A stretch of 64,000 bases of DNA. Source: Escherichia phage ukendt. This document shows positions 42,820 through 53,162 of this stretch, one piece after another (the first letter of the stretch is position 1; each line of letters begins with the position of its first letter). Under the pieces are notes generated by a model. The model searched no databases, was not told the DNA's origin, and was given only the letters and a program-made list of their open reading frames with translations. Position numbers and translations under genes: made by a program. The stretch lies in sequence record NC_052661.1. One strand, 5' to 3'.

Positions 42820-45060
42820 TCACATCTTGCAAGCTTCACAACCACCATCAGAATCTTCTTGTGCTAAAGAATCTGCTGATTTTGTTCTACTATTAAGGTA
42901 ATACAATGACTTACCACCCAGTCTAGCAAAGTTCAAAATAAATTTCATCTCTTCTTTAACTGATAAACGTCCCCCTACCAATTTAGAATAATCTAACCAA
43001 GAATCACAAGAAATTCCTTGGTCCGTAAACTTGGTAAAGATACCATACATTTCTGCAAGATCTTTAGCCGGAGTATCCCAGGCGGACTGGTAAAACATTT
43101 TCAGTTTTTCATAGTCTGGAACAATAAATAATACACTACCTTTCTGACTTTGTTTATACATAATAGTATCACGAACAGGATACAGAGAGTTAGTAGTATT
43201 GCTTACCAAACTGCTGGACTCATTAGGTGCAATAGCAGCCAAGACACTGTTACGGATACCACCTTGTTCAATGATTTCAGCACGTAAGCCTTCCCAGTCC
43301 ATTTTAAGATCAAAATTACCGATACTGTCTACTGTTTTAGCATAAGTGTCAATTGGTAGCCAACCTTGAGGCCATTTGGTTTTATCGATCCATTCCGCAT
43401 TGCCTTTTTCCTTAGCCAGACGCAGAGAGGCTTTTGCCAACCAAAAGTAATGACGTTCTGCAAGTTCATGCATTAATTTTTTAGCATAAGCATCTGAATA
43501 ATTTACAAAATTACTTGCCAAGTAATGCGCTAAGTTTGTAATGCCTACACCAATAGATCTACGTGCTTTAGCAGTTATTTCGTTATGTTTAAATGGATAA
43601 TCCATTGTTTCAATAACGTTGTCAATTGTCAATACAGTGTAGTATGCAACATCCTCATATTCTTCAGGTAAGACACGACCAGCAACAATAGAAGATAAGA
43701 AGCATAAAGCCAATTCTTGATCTTCTGTATTCTCACCAGTAAAGAGATCCGGCATACTGTGGAAAGCTTTAGTTGGTAAGAAGATCTCTTGACACAGGTT
43801 TGATTGATACACCGTATCCAGGAAAGGTGTATGGTTGTTAACGTTGTCAGCAAAGAACATGTAAATACGTCCTGTTTCTGCACGTTGAACAATAATCTCT
43901 GTCAGAAGATCACGAGCCTTAACAAATTTTTTCTTAATGCGACGACGGCTTACTTTGTCATAAACTGCATCAAACTCTTCTTCACTTTTATACAAAGCTT
44001 CATAAAGTTCAGGAGCATCATCACAACTAACTAACATCCAGTCTTCGTTTTTTGCTGCTCGACGCAAGAACGAACGGTTAACAACAATAGAATAATCTAG
44101 TTTGTCTACTCGTTTATCTATAGGTGTTGTTGGATTCTTCAGTCGAATCAGATCGTCGAAGTCTGGTTCAAGTATGGTAAAGGTAACTGTAGCACTACCT
44201 CCACGGCTTGCTTGCTTCGAAGCTCCAACACTATCTTCCATCCATTTCAGATACGGAAGAAGACCACCATGAATAATACGATTATTCTTAACACCTTGAC
44301 CTGTGGCACGAGTTTGAAGATTAACACCAATACCTGCGTTATTCAACGTATACTCATGAGCTAAGTAATTAGCAATGGCTAAAGATTCTGCCGTATCGTC
44401 TGCACGGAATAAACAACAAGACGCACTTCCTTTGATTGGAGTTCGTAGAGTTGTCAGATACGGCGATGGCAGATTAATCTTAAGATCGCTAACATAAGTA
44501 TAAAGTTTTTTAATATCTTCTATACGGCGTTCTTTTGGTTGGATCTCCATAACCTTCATTGCGATACCAATGAAAAGAAACTGTGGAGACTCATGCACCA
44601 CATCGTTTACTGCATCTCGAATAAGATATTTATCTACCATCTGACGTAAAACAGAATAACCATAAGTTAGATTTTTATTATGCTTTACAATCTTACCGAT
44701 TTCTTTGATCTCTTCATCAGTATAATCCATTTTAGCCCAATGTCCACGTTCTACCATATCATGATAAAAGGTATTCAGTGAAGGGATACTGTGGTATCCC
44801 CCATGAGCCTGTTTGTAAATCATACCCAGAAGAAGCCTTCCTGCCATATCACTGTAAGCTTGTGTTTTCTTGTCAATACACGCTGCAATCATTGCTTTAT
44901 GCAGATCACGTGTAGACACACCGTCATAACACCGCTTCACAGCTTCTAATTCAATTTCAGACCAGTTTAGTTTACCTGCTGCAAATTCAGACCACTTGCG
45001 AAGTTTTTCTGGATTAAACTCCTCTGTCTTACCGTTAGATTTAGTTACAAAACGAATCAA
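42820..45060 (-). CDS. nrdA: ribonucleotide reductase class Ia alpha subunit
   Basis: N-terminal ATP-cone, SNLCQEI catalytic motif, 746 aa. Confidence 0.9.
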   Translation of the reverse strand: MIRFVTKSNGKTEEFNPEKLRKWSEFAAGKLNWSEIELEAVKRCYDGVSTRDLHKAMIAACIDKKTQAYSDMAGRLLLGMIYKQAHGGYHSIPSLNTFYHDMVERGHWAKMDYTDEEIKEIGKIVKHNKNLTYGYSVLRQMVDKYLIRDAVNDVVHESPQFLFIGIAMKVMEIQPKERRIEDIKKLYTYVSDLKINLPSPYLTTLRTPIKGSASCCLFRADDTAESLAIANYLAHEYTLNNAGIGVNLQTRATGQGVKNNRIIHGGLLPYLKWMEDSVGASKQASRGGSATVTFTILEPDFDDLIRLKNPTTPIDKRVDKLDYSIVVNRSFLRRAAKNEDWMLVSCDDAPELYEALYKSEEEFDAVYDKVSRRRIKKKFVKARDLLTEIIVQRAETGRIYMFFADNVNNHTPFLDTVYQSNLCQEIFLPTKAFHSMPDLFTGENTEDQELALCFLSSIVAGRVLPEEYEDVAYYTVLTIDNVIETMDYPFKHNEITAKARRSIGVGITNLAHYLASNFVNYSDAYAKKLMHELAERHYFWLAKASLRLAKEKGNAEWIDKTKWPQGWLPIDTYAKTVDSIGNFDLKMDWEGLRAEIIEQGGIRNSVLAAIAPNESSSLVSNTTNSLYPVRDTIMYKQSQKGSVLFIVPDYEKLKMFYQSAWDTPAKDLAEMYGIFTKFTDQGISCDSWLDYSKLVGGRLSVKEEMKFILNFARLGGKSLYYLNSRTKSADSLAQEDSDGGCEACKM

Positions 45061-45076
45061 CTTCTCCTCCCTATTA

Positions 45077-45331
45077 TTAATGCATATTCAAAACATCTAC
45101 ATCATAACCGAACTTCATTTCATTAAAAAGTCCATTAGCATATAGAAAACCTTCAAAATGAGTTATGTCATCAAACCCTTTTGCTTTTGCTCGACGGTCT
45201 GCTTCTTGTCTTTTAGGAGATAAACGTTTTGAAGTGTCTAGAATTACAGTTACATTACAACCAACAGTTTCATCAAAATAGACTTCGATTTCACAGCCTT
45301 CATATTTATTATCAGTCATTGTCCCTCTCAT
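45077..45331 (-). CDS. hypothetical protein (84 aa)
   Basis: ORF track. Confidence 0.5.
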   Translation of the reverse strand: MRGTMTDNKYEGCEIEVYFDETVGCNVTVILDTSKRLSPKRQEADRRAKAKGFDDITHFEGFLYANGLFNEMKFGYDVDVLNMH

Positions 45332-45739
45332 TGATTAGTATCATCTGCTTTCGCAGGATCATAAGAGTTACCGAAATCATCCATCTTAATATGTGACGCA
45401 CCCCAACCTGTAAATTCTTCATCACCAAAATGAAAAATATCATTTTCTTGATAGATTCGTTTAAAACCACAATTAGGTGAAACAGGGAAAGTGAAAAGCG
45501 TTGTATTTGCAAACACTACTCGCTTATCGTTATTGCTTCGGATATTCACATTACGCTCAACAGAATAGTGTGAATCTTCAGCCATACCCAGCATTACAAG
45601 CGACGCTCTAATAACAGCATTTTGTTTCTCGTGTGGGATATTACCATTGTGTTTATTTGATTCTAGTTTCCAGATAGGGGTAGACATTACAGTAGACATG
45701 CTTACGGTAGCCCAAGTTGTAGTATTTACTAATGACATA
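45328..45739 (-). CDS. hypothetical protein (136 aa)
   Basis: Start at MSLVNT after RBS aaggagaaaat. Confidence 0.5.
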
Positions 45740-45836
45740 TTTTCTCCTTCATTTTGAATGGGAGGACTCACCTCCTCCCAGTATTGTGCTATATTATACT
45801 AAAACTAATACTAAAGTCAATAACTATTTAAACAGA

Positions 45837-46835
45837 TCACCATTTAGTATGATTTGTTAAAAGTTGACGATGTTGAATCCAGCCTTTGAAATTGCCAGAC
45901 CAAAACTTACCATTACGATCTACATGGGTAATACCTGGTTCCCAAGAGTTAAAATCCCAAGGAGCATTGATAAACAAATCTTCAAAACAGTTCTCTCCAT
46001 ATTGTTCGCATGTTTCTTGAATTGGAGTGGCTTGATGTTCAAACGGAGAAGCATGAACCTTGCGCCCAGTCAGCAAGCGACCATAGATATCTAAAGCTTT
46101 ATCTTTAGTTGCATTTAAACGACGATAGCTAACCTGTGCACAACATGAAGCTGAAATAGCTTTGGCTTCTTCCAAAGTAAGCACAACAACTTCTCCAGAT
46201 TCATCTTGAACGTAGTATCCACCAAAAACAAAATGATCGTCACCTTCTGTGCCAATATTATCGTAGAAATGGTCTACATAAGGTGTGTGCCATTGCCCTG
46301 GTTTCAGAACTTCTGGTGTAGATCCTTCATACTCTTTGTGCATCTCTTTAGCCAAAGCTTCGATAGTAGGATCGGCTTCTTTGTCATCACGTAGCCACCA
46401 GAAATTTTCATATTCTGTTGCTGTCAGAACTGTTTTAATTCGTTGGAAAGGTTCCAGAAGACGGTTTGCAACTTGTTTGTGGTACCCTGCCAAAGAGAAT
46501 TCTTCTGCAAAACGTGCTGCACTAAGCGCGGCAAGATCCCACCACTCTTGAGCAGTATAACCTGCATCAATAAGAGCGTCATGATCAACACCTTTATCCT
46601 GCATACCAGGTTGGTTAGCCCCAAAACGATAAGGACGAGCAGGTTGATTTCGCACCATTTCAATCAGTGTTTTAACAGGTATAGCACGGCTAGAAGCAGC
46701 ATTACGACTGAACAGGCGGTGAGTCATCAATTCTGAATGAATAATACGTGGATATTCTAGTTCAAAAGTTACAATCTCTTTTCCGTCTTCAGTGATGGAA
46801 TGCGCAATAATACTAGCCGAAATCTGTTTTGTCAT
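45837..46835 (-). CDS. thyX: flavin-dependent thymidylate synthase (ThyX family, long form)
   Basis: ThyX signature THRLFSRNAASSRAIP (RHR..S) and C-terminal HASPFEH; 332 aa. Confidence 0.8.
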   Translation of the reverse strand: MTKQISASIIAHSITEDGKEIVTFELEYPRIIHSELMTHRLFSRNAASSRAIPVKTLIEMVRNQPARPYRFGANQPGMQDKGVDHDALIDAGYTAQEWWDLAALSAARFAEEFSLAGYHKQVANRLLEPFQRIKTVLTATEYENFWWLRDDKEADPTIEALAKEMHKEYEGSTPEVLKPGQWHTPYVDHFYDNIGTEGDDHFVFGGYYVQDESGEVVVLTLEEAKAISASCCAQVSYRRLNATKDKALDIYGRLLTGRKVHASPFEHQATPIQETCEQYGENCFEDLFINAPWDFNSWEPGITHVDRNGKFWSGNFKGWIQHRQLLTNHTKW

Positions 46836-46844
46836 TTTTTCTCC

Positions 46845-47453
46845 TTAGTTTTTAAAATTGTTCAAAGTGTTAAAAACATCCAAACATGTTAGCCACTGAT
46901 CTTCTAAACCTGTGATCACAACATTTGGTTTTTTCTTTAGTTCTTCTAGATGGTTATCTTTATAAGGCGTATTAAAATATATTTTAACCACTTCATCTGG
47001 AAAATATAGTAGGTTATCAGCCCTGTCATCTATTGCTATATCACAAGGCAATAAGTATTTTTCTTTCGTAGCAAAAAAGCCGTTACCAGATCCTTTGCTA
47101 AAATCAATCGTATCTAACGTTCTTAAAACATGCTTATGTTTAGAACTTAAGTGACCACCTTTTGTCACACTTGCGATCAAAAGATTGCTACCTTTCCTTG
47201 AAACATACTTTAAGAAATCTGGCATACCTGGAACAAAACCCATTGTATCATAGAGATGAGGATTATCCAGAAATCCGTAAGGATCTATATTGAACTCCTC
47301 CCTGAAACCAGGAAAGTAGTTGGTAAGATCATAGTCTGCATTTTTTGTGAATGTGTCTATCTTAACACCAAGTCCACTAATCTTATTCAACCATTCTAAC
47401 CAAGCAATATCTAATGGAGCCACAACTAAATCCCAATCACATACTATCTGCAT
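46845..47453 (-). CDS. putative 5'(3')-deoxyribonucleotidase (HAD-like)
   Basis: N-terminal DWD in place of the HAD DxD motif; identification tentative. Confidence 0.45.
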   Translation of the reverse strand: MQIVCDWDLVVAPLDIAWLEWLNKISGLGVKIDTFTKNADYDLTNYFPGFREEFNIDPYGFLDNPHLYDTMGFVPGMPDFLKYVSRKGSNLLIASVTKGGHLSSKHKHVLRTLDTIDFSKGSGNGFFATKEKYLLPCDIAIDDRADNLLYFPDEVVKIYFNTPYKDNHLEELKKKPNVVITGLEDQWLTCLDVFNTLNNFKN

Positions 47454-47489
47454 AAAACCTCCTCTCTCTTTTAGTATAGTTATCTTATA

Positions 47490-48065
47490 CTAACTTTCAA
47501 TTTCCTGCAATAGGATTTTGACTATTTGTTTACGGCGTTTTGCTACTGTGCTTTCAGGTTCTATTTTACGCTTCTTCAGCCACGCTTTATCTTTCTTAGC
47601 TCTACACAAAGCTATCGCTTCTTTTTCAGCTTTTGCTTCTTCAAAAGATATGTCTTGCTTGTCTGCATAAGCAAGAATAGAGTTGCACAATTTACAAACC
47701 ATTCGCAAATCTTCTTCTTTCACATAGATCAAACGGAAAACAAAAAGGGGAATATCCTCAAAACATTGAAGTTGTTTTGCTGCGTGAATATGATCCACTT
47801 GGAAGTCTTTCATTCCTCCTTTATGTCCACATATTTCGCACTCACAATTCCAAACTTGTTTTGGTTTTCCAGTTTTCTTGTCTATCATTACATTGCCGTC
47901 TTTATCTACACGATCAACTTTAAAACGCCTTGCATTGATAACCTTAATTTTATTAGGGTGTCTCATCCATGCTTTTCTAAAACATCCCCTAAGATAAGTA
48001 TAAAATTCAGCTTGTGTTTTCCAGGGTGTTCCTTCACCCCACATTATTTTTGGTTCACCTGCCAA
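47490..48065 (-). CDS. HNH endonuclease-like protein
   Basis: CECEICGHKGG...VDHIHAAKQ HNH motif. Confidence 0.6.
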   Translation of the reverse strand: MAGEPKIMWGEGTPWKTQAEFYTYLRGCFRKAWMRHPNKIKVINARRFKVDRVDKDGNVMIDKKTGKPKQVWNCECEICGHKGGMKDFQVDHIHAAKQLQCFEDIPLFVFRLIYVKEEDLRMVCKLCNSILAYADKQDISFEEAKAEKEAIALCRAKKDKAWLKKRKIEPESTVAKRRKQIVKILLQEIES

Positions 48066-48232
48066 TATTGCTCACCTTTTTAGCTGTATATTCCCCTGGT
48101 GGGATATTATGTTTAAAAAACAAAAGGCGGTCTAACCCCGCCTTGCACATTGTTTCTGGAATAGTCAAAGTTAGTAAAAGTTTATCACCTTTTCGGTTGA
48201 ATATTTTATAAACTTCTCCTGCTCCATATTGT

Positions 48233-48634
48233 TTAGTATTGCTCGCCACTAATACGTTCCTTAAGTTGTTTAATAGCTTCAACTGCATCTACATAAGAAG
48301 AGTTATACATGTGTTTCAGTGCCACTCGGATTAAAGGATCTTTTGTGAAGAAATCAATAAGAAGCATAGCTTGATCATGTTTAGCTGCATTTGTCATAGA
48401 TGGATAATTTTCACGAACCATATACGTGTTATTTTGCATAAGGGTTCTTTCTAGTTCAATACAATGAATAGCTTTATCTAGGTTAATCTGACGTTCACCT
48501 TTAATACGTGTTGCATATTTTGCCAATTTGCAAAAACAAGGTGTGCCACCAACCAAATAAGCTAGTTCAATAGGTTGCATTGCCATTTTTGTGTAGTGAT
48601 CACCGTCAACCTGATTATCAAAAGCATTAGACAT
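48233..48634 (-). CDS. hypothetical protein (133 aa)
   Basis: ORF track. Confidence 0.5.
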   Translation of the reverse strand: MSNAFDNQVDGDHYTKMAMQPIELAYLVGGTPCFCKLAKYATRIKGERQINLDKAIHCIELERTLMQNNTYMVRENYPSMTNAAKHDQAMLLIDFFTKDPLIRVALKHMYNSSYVDAVEAIKQLKERISGEQY

Positions 48635-48890
48635 AATTTTCCTCCTGAATTCCTACTGCGCCTTCTTCTGGGTAGTCTGTATAATAAGCTACCCTACCTT
48701 GATAGATAACATCACCATCATTATTGTAGATTGCTGTATCTTCTTGAATTGTTATTTCAACATCAAGTAAATCTGGGTCTTTCTCGATGGTATAGTTCAA
48801 ACCTAACATTTCAAACAGTTCGAAAATTTCGTTACCTGTTAATGTAATGCTCATATTTCCTCCTTTTATTGTGGTTAGCAGAGTATACAC
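48627..48890 (-). CDS. hypothetical protein (87 aa)
   Basis: ORF track. Confidence 0.5.
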   Translation of the reverse strand: MYTLLTTIKGGNMSITLTGNEIFELFEMLGLNYTIEKDPDLLDVEITIQEDTAIYNNDGDVIYQGRVAYYTDYPEEGAVGIQEENYV

Positions 48891-48940
48891 TAATATAAAA
48901 TTTTTGTCAATAAAAAAGGGAGCAATAAGCTCCCTGATTA

Positions 48941-49900
48941 TTAGATTCCAATGATAGTTGCTGCTCGTTTATCCTTGGATCTGGTGTTTGCTCTACTACG
49001 TGACAAACCTCCGCAAGATTCACAACGAATGATATCGAAAGAACTTACCGCAGTGTGGTATTGTTTACCAGTAACAACGTGAACGTGATCACTGCCACAA
49101 CGAGAACAACGGACCTTCTCATCTGGGTAATAAGCGGATAAGTTAGGATGCTGCGGAATCCACGGAAGGATTTTCATATACAAATCACGGAGTGAAACAA
49201 CATCACCATCATTGTAAATCTGCATACGTTCAAAAGCATCACGATCACCTTCACAACATGCTTTCCATAAAGGGAACCCCTCGTTATCCAGTTTTTCACT
49301 TTCTGTTTCGAAATATGCTCCCATTTCTTTAAGGGAGTTGGAAGGAAGTGCAAATTGTTTCTTAGCTGCCTTCAATGTATCAACAACTACATAATTAGAA
49401 GGAGGAGCCATATCGTGATATGCAAATCGTTGGTTAATGTATGCACGGTCAAACTTATATCCGTTGTGTGCCACAACTACATCTGCCTCATTCAGAAGGT
49501 TCCAAAGATCTTGGCAAAGCTCCCAATCATCTGTATGATCAATATCAAAAAGAGGATAAGAAGACAAGTTCTTACCTTCTACCTCACCAGTATACAGGTC
49601 AGCAGAAGAGTAAGATAACAAATAACCCCTACGAATTACTTGATCTGGAGAAATGAAGGCTTTGAATCGACGGAAAGTATATGCAATCTCTGGTGCAGTT
49701 TCAACATCAATAATTTTAATAACTGGTTGTTTCTTTTTAACTGGCTCTTGTTTACTTGCTCCAAATCGTGCAAGGAAATCGTTCACTGTGCTTTTTCTTG
49801 TTGGACTACCTAAAACAATTGCTGCAATATTGCGAGAAGACATACCCTCTGCACTCATACTAAGGATATCTGCTTTCTGCTCTTCTGTTAATCTGCTCAC
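48941..49900 (-). CDS. DnaQ-like (DEDD) 3'-5' exonuclease with N-terminal HTH and C-terminal zinc ribbon
   Basis: Exo I IDVETAPE and Exo II VVAHNGYKFD motifs; CSRCG...CESCGG. Confidence 0.55.
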   Translation of the reverse strand: MSRLTEEQKADILSMSAEGMSSRNIAAIVLGSPTRKSTVNDFLARFGASKQEPVKKKQPVIKIIDVETAPEIAYTFRRFKAFISPDQVIRRGYLLSYSSADLYTGEVEGKNLSSYPLFDIDHTDDWELCQDLWNLLNEADVVVAHNGYKFDRAYINQRFAYHDMAPPSNYVVVDTLKAAKKQFALPSNSLKEMGAYFETESEKLDNEGFPLWKACCEGDRDAFERMQIYNDGDVVSLRDLYMKILPWIPQHPNLSAYYPDEKVRCSRCGSDHVHVVTGKQYHTAVSSFDIIRCESCGGLSRSRANTRSKDKRAATIIGI

Positions 49901-51015
49901 TCTGCCTCCTGTTGCGAGATGTATGACTGAAGCATACTCTCAAATGTTGTATCGTCATTATCCCAGCGTTTCATGTATACCAACTGGAAAATTGTTTCTA
50001 TCCATTCATCTGTTGTCATATGGACTTCTTCTCCATCCCAAGAAGTAAAATTAACACCATCTGGGAACCATGAGTAGTAAGTATCTTTAACTGTTTGGAA
50101 AAGTTCTGCTTGAGTTTTACAAGCTGAAAGAAGATTAAAACAAGTAATATCTCCGAACTTAATATCAAAATCTTGATAAGGTCGGATACTATCTGTTTTA
50201 TCTCCCATTAGCATCTGATATGCTAACCAGTAACTGCCCCAACCTTTAACTTCTTTCTTTTTACCTTTATCTACGATCCATATATCGCCAATAGACTCGT
50301 CAATAAGAATTATATCTGGATTTTTAAATACTCCATCCTCTTTGTAGAAATTAAAAAGGATACTAGGAGTATGTAAACTATCTTTATCTATAGACACTAC
50401 GATATAAGAAAATTTACCCGTCCTTTTATAATCTTTATAACCTTGGAAACCATACTTCTCTAACTCATCATCAGCTTCTATTACAGTAACAACATCACCA
50501 TTGTGGAACTCCACAAGATAATCTTTGGTTTCTGAAAGCTGAAGTGGTTTGATATCTAATCGTTCAGATTTATATTCTACAGGCATTTTGAAGGCGTGTC
50601 TGAAAGTTTTTCCTACGCCAATAACTCCGCAATATTTTTCTAAACGTAGATGTTTTAGAATACCTAAGACTTTTGTTTTAGCTGCTTGGAAGGTGTGTCC
50701 GATATCTTCTGGCGGGTATTGCTTATCAATGATTTCGAACTCTTCCTTTGTGAAGGGACGTTTGTTTTTGGAGGCTCTTTCTGCATTTGTATCTCCTAGC
50801 CAACCTCCAATTTTAGTCTTGCTTTTACCCCAAAACTCTGTCTTATTTTTAAATTCCTTTTGAGCACCTGAAGGGATGTGCTTCGCAATGATTGTTCTTT
50901 TCTCTAATGCAGACGCTGCTTGGAAAGCGATCTGATCATAATCAATTGCAGCTATTGTTTCTTCGTTGACATATAAATGAAGATCTTCAGGTTTAATTAA
51001 AATATAACCGCTAAT
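49897..51015 (-). CDS. 5'-3' exonuclease / flap endonuclease; start codon non-canonical or unresolved
   Basis: FEN motifs GVGKTFR...EYKSER, VIEADDE, LMGDKTDSIRPY; FEN-like N-terminal residues lie upstream of the first ATG (50586) in a stretch with no in-frame ATG/GTG/TTG; 5' end set at ATT 51015 after AGGGGGA. Confidence 0.7.
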   Translation of the reverse strand: MSGYILIKPEDLHLYVNEETIAAIDYDQIAFQAASALEKRTIIAKHIPSGAQKEFKNKTEFWGKSKTKIGGWLGDTNAERASKNKRPFTKEEFEIIDKQYPPEDIGHTFQAAKTKVLGILKHLRLEKYCGVIGVGKTFRHAFKMPVEYKSERLDIKPLQLSETKDYLVEFHNGDVVTVIEADDELEKYGFQGYKDYKRTGKFSYIVVSIDKDSLHTPSILFNFYKEDGVFKNPDIILIDESIGDIWIVDKGKKKEVKGWGSYWLAYQMLMGDKTDSIRPYQDFDIKFGDITCFNLLSACKTQAELFQTVKDTYYSWFPDGVNFTSWDGEEVHMTTDEWIETIFQLVYMKRWDNDDTTFESMLQSYISQQEAE

Positions 51016-51027
51016 ATTTCCCCCTAA

Positions 51028-51237
51028 TTATTCATCGTCATCCTCTGTTGAGAATGTTTTAGTATACGGACATTGACGACTTTTCGGGATTGCTATAACT
51101 TCATCTTGGTTAGCGTTAGAATAGTAACAATATTTTGTATTGCCATTAACTTCAGAATCAGACAAGATTAAAGTAATTTGACCTGCTGCTACTGTGAAAC
51201 TAAAAGCTAAAAGAATGACTGTTAGAATCTTTTTCAT
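51028..51237 (-). CDS. hypothetical secreted protein (69 aa)
   Basis: ORF track; signal-like MKKILTVILLAFSFTVAAG. Confidence 0.5.
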   Translation of the reverse strand: MKKILTVILLAFSFTVAAGQITLILSDSEVNGNTKYCYYSNANQDEVIAIPKSRQCPYTKTFSTEDDDE

Positions 51238-51309
51238 AACGCCTCCTAAAAAGCCTACCTCATTAAGTAGGTAGGCATAGTATCATAACTAATCCCGCAA
51301 GTCAAGAAC

Positions 51310-52188
51310 TTATTTAAGGATTGTTGCTTTGGTTAAATCTTCCATCAGACCTCGAATCTCATTGAAGCACAGAAGGACTGAAGCTTCAATACTGCCTTCT
51401 TCGTCTGCAAAATATTTCGGAAAACGTAGTTTAGAAAGTTTAAACTCTTTATCCACTACAAAATCTACAACACCGTCATATTCAAGACCGATTGCAACAA
51501 CATCTTTACCATCTTCTTTTAGTTCGACAGCTTTAGACTCGTATAGGGATTCTTTACTCCAAACAACAACGCCCTCGCTATCCTCCATTTTGATATAATT
51601 TCCTAGAGTAATACGATCTGCTTCGTGATTCTCCAGCAATTCACCAAAACCTTTTACAATAGCTTCTTCGTGCACACTAAAACCTACCGAAGGGAAAGTC
51701 CCCAGAACGGAACGGAGGAAAGAAGTAATCTCTTCTGCAACCTTTTTACTTCCATTAAGAACATAAAGAAGATTCGTAGTTTTATCCAAGACAACATAGT
51801 TAAAGAAATCTTCAGGTTCTGTTTCAGGCAATAGTGCAAATTCAATATCTTCTTTCATTGCTTTGACTACTTCTTTATCGACATAAAACTCTTTACCCTC
51901 GCTCTCCATATCCTGACGCATTTCTTCTAGACGTTCATTCAGAATACGTTTAACTTTCTTTTTATCTACCTTCTTCACAGATTGACCTACATTAAGCAGT
52001 TCAAGATCTGAAAACTCTTTTACAAATTTGGAGTCATCTTCGAAACGAACAAGACCGATAGTGTGTGACTGGGAGCCTTCTGCTGTTACAAATTCCAGAG
52101 GAATATCTGTAATGTTGTTAAGGGATGCTACAGAAGCATTGTCACCAACAACCATAGGCAGAGCGGATTTAAAAGATTTTACAAACAT
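51310..52188 (-). CDS. hypothetical protein (292 aa), possibly RdgC-like
   Basis: ORF track; weak resemblance to RdgC from memory. Confidence 0.35.
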   Translation of the reverse strand: MFVKSFKSALPMVVGDNASVASLNNITDIPLEFVTAEGSQSHTIGLVRFEDDSKFVKEFSDLELLNVGQSVKKVDKKKVKRILNERLEEMRQDMESEGKEFYVDKEVVKAMKEDIEFALLPETEPEDFFNYVVLDKTTNLLYVLNGSKKVAEEITSFLRSVLGTFPSVGFSVHEEAIVKGFGELLENHEADRITLGNYIKMEDSEGVVVWSKESLYESKAVELKEDGKDVVAIGLEYDGVVDFVVDKEFKLSKLRFPKYFADEEGSIEASVLLCFNEIRGLMEDLTKATILK

Positions 52189-52244
52189 GTTTCCTCCTAT
52201 TTAATACATCTCACATTACCGCCCGTAAAGGGCGGCTTACAACA

Positions 52245-52970
52245 TTACTTGTTAATAATACCTGCAATATTAGGTTTGACAAAGGTCGATGGTTTCATGA
52301 TCTTACCTTTATCATCAAAGAACACATACACTTTCTGTTTTTCATTATAAACAGCATGAACACCAGTGTATGCCCCTTCTGGACGATTGGCATTTCGTTC
52401 TTCAATTGCAGCGCATTCTTGTGCAATGGCTGAATCGATATCCGAAGTTTTCCAAGTTTTCAGCAACTGTTGTTTAGTTGGATACTTGGAATCATTACTT
52501 TTCAATACCTCTTTAATAACTTTCTTTTCTGGATATTTTGAACGGATTAGAGTGTCACGAGACATACGCATAATACCAGCAGCCATTAGTGCCATTTGAA
52601 CTGGCTCTGTAAATGTTTGTTCCAAAGCATCAAAATCAGTATACACAGTTGGAGTAAAAACATCGCCTACAGCATAGTCCAAGAAATTCATCGTATGTTC
52701 TTCACCAAAGAACATGTAAGTCAGATAACTGGATACTACAAAAATATCTGCTGCTGCGTCCAAGAGTTCTACATGATCGTTTACTTTCGCGGCTGTTTCA
52801 TACTCTTTAAGTTCTTCACGAACGAATCCGATTTGGGACATAAATAGCTCTTGAGTGAATTCAGGTTGTTCACCACCTCGTGCTTTGGCATTCCAATCAA
52901 TCACGTGCTTTGCTGCATTTTTGAAAAATTCAGTATCGAATTTAATATCTTTAAAAAAATTCTCGATCAT
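52245..52970 (-). CDS. hypothetical protein (241 aa), possibly an all-alpha NTP pyrophosphohydrolase
   Basis: ORF track; EELKEYE...ELLDAAAD acidic helix pattern only. Confidence 0.3.
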   Translation of the reverse strand: MIENFFKDIKFDTEFFKNAAKHVIDWNAKARGGEQPEFTQELFMSQIGFVREELKEYETAAKVNDHVELLDAAADIFVVSSYLTYMFFGEEHTMNFLDYAVGDVFTPTVYTDFDALEQTFTEPVQMALMAAGIMRMSRDTLIRSKYPEKKVIKEVLKSNDSKYPTKQQLLKTWKTSDIDSAIAQECAAIEERNANRPEGAYTGVHAVYNEKQKVYVFFDDKGKIMKPSTFVKPNIAGIINK

Positions 52971-52979
52971 TATAACTCC

Positions 52980-53162
52980 TTATTTAAAATAGCTTTCTAG
53001 AAAGTTGCTAATATTTACTACAGTCTCACCCATGTAAATTCCTGCGAAACCGAAAACAAGCATACGTGGAATATTGAAATACCATTTATCCGCTGGAAAA
53101 GATGCCAGAATTACAATAGCAATTGCTATCAGCATCATAAGAATTGTTGCTAAAATTATCAT
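52980..53162 (-). CDS. hypothetical small membrane protein
   Basis: Start at internal Met after RBS ctggagg; hydrophobic. Confidence 0.4.
   Translation of the reverse strand: MIILATILMMLIAIAIVILASFPADKWYFNIPRMLVFGFAGIYMGETVVNISNFLESYFK

Noticed and set aside
50549-50863. Plus-strand 104-aa ORF inside the FEN locus
   Set aside because: Antisense to the FEN coding region, low-complexity, no RBS.
50587-51015. Apparent Walker A motif GVIGVGKTF suggesting a separate P-loop NTPase upstream of the FEN gene
   Set aside because: In context it matches the conserved FEN/5'-3' exonuclease motif (G-K-T-F-R...E-Y-K-x-x-R) and is in frame with the downstream FEN ORF; interpreted as the FEN N-terminal region.
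52219-52235. GC hairpin CCGCCC-GTAAA-GGGCGG as a terminator
   Set aside because: No T-tract follows on either strand; kept only as an unannotated stem-loop.
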